The position numbers were made by a program, and so were the translations under genes. 64,000 bases of DNA from an uncultured Candidatus Saccharibacteria bacterium (lineage in GTDB: Bacteria; Patescibacteriota; Minisyncoccia; Phycocordibacterales; UBA5272). A model generated the notes under the pieces. The model ran no database searches and was not told the origin of the DNA. It saw only the letters and a program-made list of their open reading frames with translations. Positions 18,226 through 26,269 of this stretch are shown one piece after another. Numbering within the stretch: position 1 is the first letter of the stretch; the number at the start of each line of letters is the position of its first letter. The stretch spans positions 3,775 to 67,774 of the forward strand of contig CAZNVC010000001.1 of NCBI GenBank assembly GCA_964576685.1, written 5' to 3'.

Positions 18226-18247
18226 GTAGGGAAAATAGGTGGCTTCC

Positions 18248-18293
18248 TGTCGTTCAACAATAAAACGTTACAGAATTTCTGTAACGTTTTATT
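18248..18293 (+). terminator. 21-bp-stem perfect hairpin downstream of 17362..18225 (putative intrinsic terminator)
   Basis: caacaataaaacgttacagaa-tt-tctgtaacgttttattgttg. Confidence 0.6.
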
Positions 18294-18295
18294 GT

Positions 18296-18372
18296 TGGCG
18301 GACCCACGAGGAATCTCCTACAAGTTTCGTGTCGCCGTCGCTCCACGAATTGGCGGGCCCACGAGGAAATTC
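18296..18372. repeat. Two partial copies of the tRNA-Trp 3' end (GGCGG(G/A)CCCACGAGGAA) upstream of the intact tRNA
   Basis: ggcggacccacgaggaatctcc (18296) and ggcgggcccacgaggaaattcgg (18350) versus the tRNA 3' region ggcgggcccacgaggaatcgaacc (18597). Confidence 0.6.
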
Positions 18373-18597
18373 GGTCACCACTTTGGTATTTTATTTCTTA
18401 ACTTTGTTATTCATAAAACACTCAAAGTCTCGACCCCGTAAAAACCGACAAAAGTTCCAACCAAAAATATTTGAATACAATTTTTATTTGGAACTTTAGT
18501 AGACCGGTTTTTTGTTCGATTCCTCACACCTGTGACCTTGGTCACAGGCTGTGGGCCCGCCCATACAAAAACTCCCCGAAAGGAGTTTTTGTATGGG

Positions 18598-18668
18598 CGG
18601 GCCCACGAGGAATCGAACCTCGACCAACGGATTTGGAGGCCGTTGTTCTGCCACTAAACTATAGGCCC
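18598..18668 (-). tRNA. tRNA-Trp (anticodon CCA)
   Basis: Minus-strand GGGCCTA-TA-GTTT/AGTGGCA/GAAC-A-ACGGC/CTCCAAA/TCCGT-TGGT-CGAGG/TTCGATT/CCTCG-TGGGCCC-G folds as a 71-nt cloverleaf (one 31:39 mismatch). U33 and A37 flank CCA. CCA 3' end not encoded. Confidence 0.7.
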
Positions 18669-18742
18669 GTGTAGAAAGATTCTAACACAAAAGCGGTCGC
18701 TACGCGACCGCTTGTATCTCACCTTCTATACTCAGAAATAAA

Positions 18743-19111
18743 CTAGACCTCAGGTTTCACGATAGTTCTTACATTACCAAGTCCTAAAATGTTTTGCATA
18801 AAGACAATAATTCCCCAGATTGATACCATTACAAAAATAGCAACAAGAGAATACATCATGAATTGTTTTGACTTTGTTAAATTCTCTCCACCCTCTTTAC
18901 CTTTCCAAATAAACATCACAAGACCATAAAAGAAAGTTATCACTGCAAGACCTATCAAAAATGGCACCGCTTGAGATACTAATGCCTGCGCACCACCAAG
19001 TAAATTCTGAAGTGGTGAGATATTCACTTGACCTGGCTGTTGCGCGAAAGCAAAACTTATACCAGCTACAACACTAAAAACAGTACTAATGGCGGTAATT
19101 GATTTTTTCAT
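18743..19111 (-). CDS. VirB2/TrbC-like 'pilin-like' secreted two-helix protein, paralog A
   Basis: Signal peptide ending AFAQQ, then LVSQAVPFLIGLAVITFFYGLVMFIWKGKEGGENLTKSKQFMMYSLVAIFVMVSIWGI (hydrophobic hairpin with basic WKGK loop). Confidence 0.6.
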   Translation of the reverse strand: MKKSITAISTVFSVVAGISFAFAQQPGQVNISPLQNLLGGAQALVSQAVPFLIGLAVITFFYGLVMFIWKGKEGGENLTKSKQFMMYSLVAIFVMVSIWGIIVFMQNILGLGNVRTIVKPEV

Positions 19112-19195
19112 ATTTTTATCTATACAAAAAGTATATAAGCTATATATATAACGCAAGCAGGAAGTCCCCTGTTTTTGATGAATAAACAGAATACC

Positions 19196-19240
19196 AGGTG
19201 CAAGAGAAAAGCGACGCCGTAGGTGTCGCTTTTCTTCTAA
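19196..19240 (-). terminator. Intrinsic terminator downstream of rpmG
   Basis: aaaagcgacgccgtaggtgtcgctttt hairpin followed by a T-run on the minus strand. Confidence 0.55.
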
Positions 19241-19258
19241 GTGTGTATGGAAAAGAGT

Positions 19259-19420
19259 TTACTTCTTTGTTTCCTTGAACATCACGTGTTTACGAAGCTT
19301 CTTTGAGTACTTCTTGAGTTCAATCTTACGGGTAACAAGCTTCTTATTTTTAGAAGTGAAGTAGACCTCGCCTGTTTCCTTATTTTTCAATTGGATAAGA
19401 TTATCTTGTGCCTTTGCCAT
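19259..19420 (-). CDS. rpmG: 50S ribosomal protein L33 (Cys-less form)
   Basis: Hand translation MAKAQDNLIQLKNKETGEVYFTSKNKKLVTRKIELKKYSKKLRKHVMFKETKK (53 aa) fits the L33 pattern (T.KNK......ELKKY....KH....E.K). Below the ORF-track length cutoff. Confidence 0.65.
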   Translation of the reverse strand: MAKAQDNLIQLKNKETGEVYFTSKNKKLVTRKIELKKYSKKLRKHVMFKETKK

Positions 19421-19468
19421 AGTTGTGTGATTGTAGCATGAAAATAAACAAGAATCAAGAAGATATTT

Positions 19469-20866
19469 CTAACCAAGCTTCTCTGAAAAGTACTGTATAA
19501 GATCGCTGATGGGGACGCGTATTTGTTCCATAGTATCCCTGTCTCGTACTGTTACCGCATTATCAGTGAGGGTATCAAAGTCCACCGTAACACAATATGG
19601 TGTTCCTATCTCATCTTGCCTGCGATAGCGCTTACCTATTGACTGAGTATCGTCATATTCTACGAACATTTTTTTAGAAAGTGTCTTCCAAATTTCTTGC
19701 GCTTTTTTGCTTAACTCTTCCTTCTTAGAAAGCGGGAGGATTGCCACCTTCACAGGAGCAAGTCGCTTGTCTAACTTAAGAACAGTACGAGTGTCGTCCC
19801 CGACAACTTCTTCAGTATATGCATTATCAAGGAATGCGAGCATCATACGTGCAACACCAACAGAAGTCTCCACGATATGTGGTACAAAGCGTTCCTTGGT
19901 TGACTCTTCAAAGTAAGAAAGATCCTGTCCAGAGAACTTCGCATGTTGAGTAAGATCCCAATCGCCACGAGCATGCACCCCTTCTAATTCCTTGAAACCC
20001 CCAAGCATCGCATAGTGATACTCTATGTCATACGCTTCACTTGCATAGTGTGCAAGCTTTTCATGTTTGTGCCAATTAAGTTTTGACTCTGGAATACCGT
20101 ATTCGAGATAAAAATTCCATCGATCACGATGCCATCCTTCGAAGATTTCTTTCGTCTGTGATGGATGATGAAAGTACTGCATCTCCATCTGCTCGAACTC
20201 ACGTGTACGGAAAACGAACTGCTTCGCAACAATTTCATTACGAAAAGCCTTACCGATCTGTGCGATACCAAACGGAAGCTTTGGGTGAAGCGAGTCGATA
20301 GTATTCTTGTACTCAAGATAAATACCCCCACATGTTTCTGGTCGTAAGTACACCACATTCTCTTCGGTGAGCGCATCTGTTGGCGAACCAAGATTAGACT
20401 TTACCATAAGCGAGAACACCTTTGCTTCAGTTAAGTCTGCACTTTTACAGTTGGTACATACAAGCTTCTTCTCTCTACGAAGTATATCGAGCTCTGTATT
20501 GATCCATTCAAGAGATTGCTTATCAGCATCAATACCGAACTCTTCGAGCATATGATCAGCACGAAAGCGACTCTTACACTTGCGACAGTCAACTTGTGGA
20601 TCATTGAACCCATCAATATGGCCAGATGCCTTCCATGTTGTCGGGTGCATGAAGATAGCACTATCAAGAAGTACCACATCGAGACGCTCTTGGGCAACGC
20701 TCTTCTGCCAAGCATTCTTCACGTTCGCAAGGAGGAGAGTTCCATAATGCCCGTAGTCATAGACACCAGAGAATCCTCCATAAATTTCTGATGATGGGAA
20801 AATAAATCCTCGACGTTTGCAAAGGGAAACTATTTTTTCCATCCGTTCTTGATGTGATTCGTTCAT
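19469..20866 (-). CDS. glyQS: Glycine--tRNA ligase (dimeric archaeal/eukaryotic type)
   Basis: 465 aa. GFIFPSSEIYGGFSGVYDYGHYG ... class II aaRS motifs ... anticodon-binding C-terminus. Confidence 0.85.
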   Translation of the reverse strand: MNESHQERMEKIVSLCKRRGFIFPSSEIYGGFSGVYDYGHYGTLLLANVKNAWQKSVAQERLDVVLLDSAIFMHPTTWKASGHIDGFNDPQVDCRKCKSRFRADHMLEEFGIDADKQSLEWINTELDILRREKKLVCTNCKSADLTEAKVFSLMVKSNLGSPTDALTEENVVYLRPETCGGIYLEYKNTIDSLHPKLPFGIAQIGKAFRNEIVAKQFVFRTREFEQMEMQYFHHPSQTKEIFEGWHRDRWNFYLEYGIPESKLNWHKHEKLAHYASEAYDIEYHYAMLGGFKELEGVHARGDWDLTQHAKFSGQDLSYFEESTKERFVPHIVETSVGVARMMLAFLDNAYTEEVVGDDTRTVLKLDKRLAPVKVAILPLSKKEELSKKAQEIWKTLSKKMFVEYDDTQSIGKRYRRQDEIGTPYCVTVDFDTLTDNAVTVRDRDTMEQIRVPISDLIQYFSEKLG

Positions 20867-20927
20867 ATCGGCTTATTCTAACACAATGTAGGCGATAGTT
20901 GATAGATGGCAGGTGTGAGCAAAAAAC

Positions 20928-20960
20928 ACTACAGCATGACCACTTCGTGGTCATGCTGTA
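20928..20960 (-). terminator. Intrinsic terminator (CATGACCACTTCGTGGTCATG hairpin)
   Basis: cagcatgaccacttcgtggtcatgctg; same ACCACTTCGTGGT core as at 10655 and 59340. Confidence 0.6.
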
Positions 20961-21000
20961 TCTACATTCTCTCTACCCACCGAAACCCATCACCTCTTAA

Positions 21001-21255
21001 TTAGTAAGTAAACATCCCTCCGAGGACGTCGTTGAAAAATTTAAGTATCCCTCCGACTGAAAAAATAATAAGGAGTCCAACTGTCCCCCAAAGTAGATGG
21101 CGCTTACCAATATTTTTCTTTTCTGGATCATTCATATCAATAATGAATCGCACCCCTCCGTACAAAAAATAAACAAAGGCACACGCTGCGACAAGTTCGT
21201 AAAGCGGACTGAATACTTCTGTAACAACTCTTCCTAATACATCTTCGCCATTCAT
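21001..21255 (-). CDS. Pilin-like two-helix membrane protein, paralog B (no signal peptide)
   Basis: 84 aa. LVAACAFVYFLYGGVRFIIDMNDPEKKNIGKRHLLWGTVGLLIIFSVGGI has the same hairpin architecture. Confidence 0.5.
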   Translation of the reverse strand: MNGEDVLGRVVTEVFSPLYELVAACAFVYFLYGGVRFIIDMNDPEKKNIGKRHLLWGTVGLLIIFSVGGILKFFNDVLGGMFTY

Positions 21256-21291
21256 GTAATGATAAATAAATTAAATATATGATACCTCTTA

Positions 21292-21894
21292 TTACTTTGC
21301 TCCCTCACCTGGTAAATTGAATCCAGATATACTTCCTCCTTGCCCTATGCCAAGTATTCCTCCAATAAAGGTGATAATCCCCCACAACGATACCATCACG
21401 AAGATAGCAAGAAGAGAATACATCATCCCTGCACGGCCTTTCTTCTGCTCTTCTGGATTATCCTTTCCTTTCCAGATGAAGGTAACGAGGAACCAGAAGA
21501 ATACGACGACAGCAAGACCAACAAGAAAAGGAACGAGTCTGCTCACAATAGTCTGAGCAAGCGCTAGAAGGCCAAGAGGCCCACTAAAATTAAGATTGGT
21601 GCCGACAGAACCGGTGCCTCCACCTATGCCTATATTCCCGCTCCCCCCTATTCTTACCCCGCCTATTGTTCCTGCACCGCTCACTGTACCAGTATTAACA
21701 TTACCGCTCACACCAGTGCCGTTACCTGTAGTTACTTGCCACTGCCCTGTGGTCTGATTATAACAAGCAGGCTTACCATTATACGTTCCACATATTTGTC
21801 CAAGATTCACCTTCACATCCCCTACCTGTAACTGTGCTGACGCAAAAAAAACACTACTAACAATGAGTGAACATGCTAGTAGTGTTTTTTTCAT
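21292..21894 (-). CDS. Pilin-like secreted protein, paralog C (Gly-rich insert)
   Basis: 200 aa. Signal peptide FASAQ; TGNGTGVSGNVNTG...GIGGGTG; core LVPFLVGLAVVVFFWFLVTFIWKGKDNPEEQKKGRAGMMYSLLAIFVMVSLWGI. Confidence 0.6.
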   Translation of the reverse strand: MKKTLLACSLIVSSVFFASAQLQVGDVKVNLGQICGTYNGKPACYNQTTGQWQVTTGNGTGVSGNVNTGTVSGAGTIGGVRIGGSGNIGIGGGTGSVGTNLNFSGPLGLLALAQTIVSRLVPFLVGLAVVVFFWFLVTFIWKGKDNPEEQKKGRAGMMYSLLAIFVMVSLWGIITFIGGILGIGQGGSISGFNLPGEGAK

Positions 21895-21917
21895 AGGACT
21901 AAATACTTACCCGATGA

Positions 21918-22319
21918 TTATTGTGTTGGCACTGGAACACCAGGAACTGGAACACTACCACCTTGACCAACACCAAGTATACTTCCGAGGAAACCAACAA
22001 GTCCCCAGATAGATACCATCACAAAGAGTGCGAGAACTGCATACCCCATACCAGAAAGTGAACGTGTCTTTGCTGCAGCATCATCACGACCTTTCCAGAT
22101 GAACTCAATAAGGAACCAGAAGAATGCGAGTACTGCAAGACCGATAGCAAAAGGAACGAGACGTGCTACTAGTGTCTGTGCAAGCGCAAGGAGAGAGAGA
22201 AGTGCTCCTCCATTTACTTGTCCTTGTGACGCCCCAACGTTGATAGTTCCTGATACCTGTGCGAGGGCAACAGCGACGTTACCAGCAATAAGAGATAAGG
22301 TTGTTAGTATTTTTTTCAT
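21918..22319 (-). CDS. Pilin-like secreted protein, paralog D
   Basis: 133 aa. Signal peptide VALAQV; LVARLVPFAIGLAVLAFFWFLIEFIWKGRDDAAAKTRSLSGMGYAVLALFVMVSIWGL. Confidence 0.6.
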   Translation of the reverse strand: MKKILTTLSLIAGNVAVALAQVSGTINVGASQGQVNGGALLSLLALAQTLVARLVPFAIGLAVLAFFWFLIEFIWKGRDDAAAKTRSLSGMGYAVLALFVMVSIWGLVGFLGSILGVGQGGSVPVPGVPVPTQ

Positions 22320-22619
22320 ATATTTTATGTGTATATCTATAAGTATAGCCTTATATCAAGCGTTTGCAAGGGAGGATGTGGACAAAGGGGTGGCGTTAGG
22401 CGTTAGAGAAAATTGTAATGGAGTTATATATTGGAATACAAGTATTTTGTGTTGGTATGTAAAAAGCTACACGCTAAAGGCTAATAGCTACCGGCTACCA
22501 AATAAAAAAAGAGAGGCTACCTCATCGCGTCATCGCGATGAGACGATGAGCGAAGAGGATAACCTCTCCTGCCATAGTACGTTTGGCGAACGGTTTATAC
22601 GTGTTGTCTCACGGGAGAA

Positions 22620-22865
22620 TTAATGTTTCTCTCCACCATCATCCTTTTTCTTGGGCCTAAGCAACAAAATAAAGGCAGCAAGAATCAGGAATGCGCCAGC
22701 GTGGGTACGCACCATAGAGAGAAGGTTTCCCATTGCGTTGGTAAAAATATCCAACACTCCGGAGAAAAGGAGGACAATCACGAGGATACCGTATCCCCAT
22801 GCCTTGCCAACTCCGCTTCCACCTCCTCCATGGCCGTGGTCGTCCTTCTTTTTCTCATCTGACAT
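22620..22865 (-). CDS. Small membrane protein (Gly/His-rich N-terminus, 2 TM)
   Basis: Internal start MSDEKKKDDHGHGGGGSGVGKAWGYGILVIVLLFSGV... (81 aa). Confidence 0.45.
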   Translation of the reverse strand: MSDEKKKDDHGHGGGGSGVGKAWGYGILVIVLLFSGVLDIFTNAMGNLLSMVRTHAGAFLILAAFILLLRPKKKDDGGEKH

Positions 22866-22875
22866 AATATCCTCC

Positions 22876-23700
22876 TTAGTTGAGAATGATTTCCCCGCCA
22901 TCTTCGACCACCACTTGGATGGCCTCACCACGGCGAGAGTTGATGTAGTCGGTACATTGGCGCAGGGTAAAATTCACCCCATCAATGTCACCGCACCCTC
23001 TGAAGTTTCCAGGAGTGACCTCCTCACGGAACACGTATCCGTGTCCGACAAGGCTCTTGACGTAGACGTCAAGTTTGATCCATGCACACCCAGAGGTGAT
23101 CCGGTACTGGGTACCGGGTTGCTGGGCACGCTGGATTTGGTTTTTCTTGAACCCCTCATCACGCTCCTCTCTTGTCACACAAGAGAACGTACGGAGCACG
23201 ACAGGATCCTGTGGAACCACAGGCGCCACTACTGGAGGAGACGCAACCGCCGAAGGGGCTGGCATCGGAACAGGTTGCCCTGTCCTTGCTGCGATACGCA
23301 TCTGCTTCGTCGTTTCCTCCATCTGCTTGGTCTTTTCCTGCTCCTTCACCTTCTCGAACCCCGCTTCTTCAAGCTTGGTACGATTGGGCCTGGCGTCGGT
23401 GACATAGAAGATAGTTGCACCGATAAGCGCAAAAAGTGCTGCAATGGCACGGAGAGACCCCAACCAGTCGAAGCTTCGACCACTAGAACCACCTCCACCA
23501 CTTCCACCACTACCAGTCGGAGTAGAAGGCGGGGGCGTACCCCCAGCAGTCGGAGCTGCGGGAGTTGCGGGTGTAGCTGGAGTGGCACTGCCAGCACTGG
23601 AAGATCCAGCACCAGAAGCACCCCCCGCGCTCGCACGTGCCGCACGAGCGATAACAGCAGCCGCTTGTTCAGCAGCGATTTCTTCTTGGCGCGTGGCCAT
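22876..23700 (-). CDS. Hypothetical membrane-anchored protein encoded in a GC-rich segment (Ala/Gly/Pro/Thr-rich N-terminus, TM helix, Cys-containing C-terminal domain)
   Basis: 274 aa. The minus-strand product has protein-like composition (TM FDWLGSLRAIAALFALIGATIFYV; C-terminal CVTRE...GCAWIKLDVYV...RGCGDIDGVNFTLRQC). The opposite-strand ORF 22651..23721 is Arg-rich junk. Confidence 0.5.
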   Translation of the reverse strand: MATRQEEIAAEQAAAVIARAARASAGGASGAGSSSAGSATPATPATPAAPTAGGTPPPSTPTGSGGSGGGGSSGRSFDWLGSLRAIAALFALIGATIFYVTDARPNRTKLEEAGFEKVKEQEKTKQMEETTKQMRIAARTGQPVPMPAPSAVASPPVVAPVVPQDPVVLRTFSCVTREERDEGFKKNQIQRAQQPGTQYRITSGCAWIKLDVYVKSLVGHGYVFREEVTPGNFRGCGDIDGVNFTLRQCTDYINSRRGEAIQVVVEDGGEIILN

Positions 23701-23874
23701 GAGAATCCTTTCAAAAATTAGTCAAAGAGCCGTTAACCTCTCTTCCTCTTATACAACAAGGAATAAGAAGTCCTTGAAGAGCACTCTACACGATAAATCT
23801 ATATTTGTCAAGCTTTTTTATATCAACTTAAATTTCATCGAACCCCCCTTCAAAAAAATTCACATGCAAGCCTA

Positions 23875-24732
23875 TTACGGAGTTATTTGAGCATCGTACG
23901 ATGGATCAAGAGAACAGCCAGACGCTGCCTGATCATCAGGAAGATACCCTACCGGACAAGAGCCACTATTTCCGACACTGCCGTATGATGGATCAGGTGA
24001 ACAGCCAGACGCTGCCTGATCATCTGGAAGATAGCCTGTAGGGCATGAGCCTGTACTCCCTCCTGTATTCGCCGTCCCCCCATTTTGCCCAGCTGTACTA
24101 TTCGTTATATTACGACACTCAATAACTCCTCCTCCACTTGCAATACACTGATCAAAAGCAGCATTACCTGTCGGCCCCGTCACCGGACTCACCCCACCCC
24201 CTCCAAGAGGAGAAGTATTATTCCCTCCAGCCGCGTTATTAAGAGGACCGGTGTTATTTGGATTATTAGGATTATTAGGATTAGCTTTGGAAGATTGTCC
24301 GAAGTTGATACCTGGGATAGTGATGGTATTAAAGTCAGTGCCTGGCATGATAATGTTCTGAGCGAACTTGATGATACCGTAGACAGAGAACATTACAAAG
24401 AGTGCAATGAGTCCCCAGGTCATGAATTGATTACCATTCTTTGTCTTCTCGATATTTCCTTGGCGTCTTCCCCAGATGTATTCAACAATACCGTAGAAGA
24501 AGGCTACTACTCCTGCTGCCATGAAGAGTCCTCCTAGAGCTTTCATAACTGTGGTAGTGAAAGCATTGATGATTCCTCCTAGGGTACCTATTCCTTGTGC
24601 TGCGGTACATCCTGTAGCAGTTGGAGTAACACTACAATCAACTTGTGCGTGGAGTGTGAGTGGTGAGAGGAGAATGAACAACAAAAAGAAACTAGTAAGG
24701 AAGATACCAGTGGGGGTGGAAGATTTTTTCAT
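23875..24732 (-). CDS. Pilin-like secreted protein, paralog E, with C-terminal tandem SCPxGYLPDDQAASGCSxDPSY repeats
   Basis: Start MKKSSTPTGIF; signal peptide LTLHAQV; core LGGLFMAAGVVAFFYGIVEYIWGRRQGNIEKTKNGNQFMTWGLIALFVMFSVYGI; two C-terminal 22-aa repeats. Confidence 0.55.
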   Translation of the reverse strand: MKKSSTPTGIFLTSFFLLFILLSPLTLHAQVDCSVTPTATGCTAAQGIGTLGGIINAFTTTVMKALGGLFMAAGVVAFFYGIVEYIWGRRQGNIEKTKNGNQFMTWGLIALFVMFSVYGIIKFAQNIIMPGTDFNTITIPGINFGQSSKANPNNPNNPNNTGPLNNAAGGNNTSPLGGGGVSPVTGPTGNAAFDQCIASGGGVIECRNITNSTAGQNGGTANTGGSTGSCPTGYLPDDQAASGCSPDPSYGSVGNSGSCPVGYLPDDQAASGCSLDPSYDAQITP

Positions 24733-24887
24733 AATTAAGCAATTAATTGTATACAACAACAAGTGTACAAAGAGTCAGTAAAAAGGGCAAGGAGTAACGA
24801 GATGGCAGGTGCTTGTGCACCATGATTCCCATAAATACCAAAACATCATTGGGGAGAAAAGTGTAAATAGTAAAAAACACAATCTAG

Positions 24888-26264
24888 CTAGTGACAAACT
24901 CTGTTCCACCCAGCAAAAATACAGTTATTAGAAGCACAGTCGTCGTTAACAGAACAGTATTCTCCGTAAGCTTTTTTTCTAGTAGTAATAGGCGCTGGGG
25001 TATTGCAAAGTATTCGGTAGTCTGACTGATTATAGTACTTGTTCTTACCATCTGGACATAAACGTCCCGCAACACATGTACCATTGTCCATAGTACCTTC
25101 GTTACCATCTGAGGTAATGCACGGGTCATTGTTTACCGCTTTTACACATGACATGCTTCCATCACTGCCACTTTTACATGTCCCAGAGACAGACCCCGAA
25201 CTATCGGTAACAGTACATAATGTTCCTGCTGGTTTTCCATTACAGTAATATGAGGTGTTAGTAGAACCTGCCCCACGACCAGAAAGACAAGTCTTTCCAT
25301 CTGCTCCAACTATACCAGTAGAACCATCAGGAAGCTTACATGCTGAATTCGTCTGACCATCTATTGGTGCCGGTCGAGTATTGAGTGTTCCTGAGGTGTT
25401 GGCAGTATTATTTTGTGCGGGTGGGGTAGTGGTCGTGGTTGTGGTGTTCACCCCTTGGAACCCAGGAAGAATCTTTTTCACTGTTCCTTGTGCTGCAATG
25501 AGGAACATCTGAAGCATAAAGATAAGAAGCGTTGTAAACACTGCCCAGAGTAACCATTTTTTTGCCTTACTTAACCCCTCTGGATTACCTTGTGCCATCA
25601 CGAAACCAAATCCAGTCCATACCCAAATAGCAATAAGCGCCGGATAGACAAAGAATCTCATGATGATACGAAGCATGGAAAGAATAAAATCATAGAGACT
25701 GCAGATCCCTGTCATATTGAAAGGACTGTTGCATGCAGACGTAGGTGGGGTAGTAGTTTGCGCATATGCGTGAGGAATAAATGCATCACTAAACAACTTA
25801 AGAACTTGTAGAGGTCCATCTTTTACACCAAAATACTTAAGCATCACATACATGAGCCCCCCAAAGAGAGCGACAATAAAGAGGAAGCCTATGGTAGCAT
25901 TAAAAGATTTTTTCAATGCCTCTTTATATGCATTAGCATTTCCTTGTTGAAGTGCAAACCAAGCCATGACAAAGCGGTAGGTAATGAAGACTACAAGAAG
26001 CGGAAGTCCAAGACCAATCACGTACGTAAGTAAGTTTTTCGTGACAACTCCTATCTTATTAATATCGCATGGATTGACTATTGCCCCTTTCCCCCCGTTA
26101 GCACTTGGATCCCACGCTCCACAAACCTCATCTCCAGAAATTGATTTTCCTCCCGTCTGTGCGTATGTGTAAAGTGGTGTCACCGAAATAAGAATCAAAA
26201 AAATACCACAAAGAACTGGGAGAGTTCGTAAAAAATGTGGATGTCGTTTCAGAAAATTTTTCAT
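24888..26264 (-). CDS. Large pilin-like protein, paralog F: two tandem VirB2-like hairpin modules plus Thr-rich linker and Cys-rich C-terminal domain
   Basis: 458 aa. Module 1 ...AYAQTGG...LPLLVVFITYRFVMAWFALQQGNANAYK...FLFIVALFGG. Module 2 ...HAYAQTTT...ALIAIWVWTGFGFVMAQGNPEGLSKAKKWLLWAVFTTLLIFML. C-terminal >20 Cys. Confidence 0.55.
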   Translation of the reverse strand: MKNFLKRHPHFLRTLPVLCGIFLILISVTPLYTYAQTGGKSISGDEVCGAWDPSANGGKGAIVNPCDINKIGVVTKNLLTYVIGLGLPLLVVFITYRFVMAWFALQQGNANAYKEALKKSFNATIGFLFIVALFGGLMYVMLKYFGVKDGPLQVLKLFSDAFIPHAYAQTTTPPTSACNSPFNMTGICSLYDFILSMLRIIMRFFVYPALIAIWVWTGFGFVMAQGNPEGLSKAKKWLLWAVFTTLLIFMLQMFLIAAQGTVKKILPGFQGVNTTTTTTTPPAQNNTANTSGTLNTRPAPIDGQTNSACKLPDGSTGIVGADGKTCLSGRGAGSTNTSYYCNGKPAGTLCTVTDSSGSVSGTCKSGSDGSMSCVKAVNNDPCITSDGNEGTMDNGTCVAGRLCPDGKNKYYNQSDYRILCNTPAPITTRKKAYGEYCSVNDDCASNNCIFAGWNRVCH

Positions 26265-26269
26265 AACAG

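Noticed and set aside
18239-18674. ORFs 18239..18499 and 18471..18674 (+)
   Set aside because: They span the tRNA-Trp and the hairpin/repeat-rich intergenic region. Their composition and lack of RBS argue against coding.
22651-23721. Plus-strand 356-aa ORF and several other long ORFs (23075..23407, 23346..23714, 23444..23890) in the GC-rich segment
   Set aside because: High GC suppresses stops on all frames. These products are Arg/Pro/Trp-rich with no domain-like structure, and only the minus-strand 22876..23700 product looks like a real protein.
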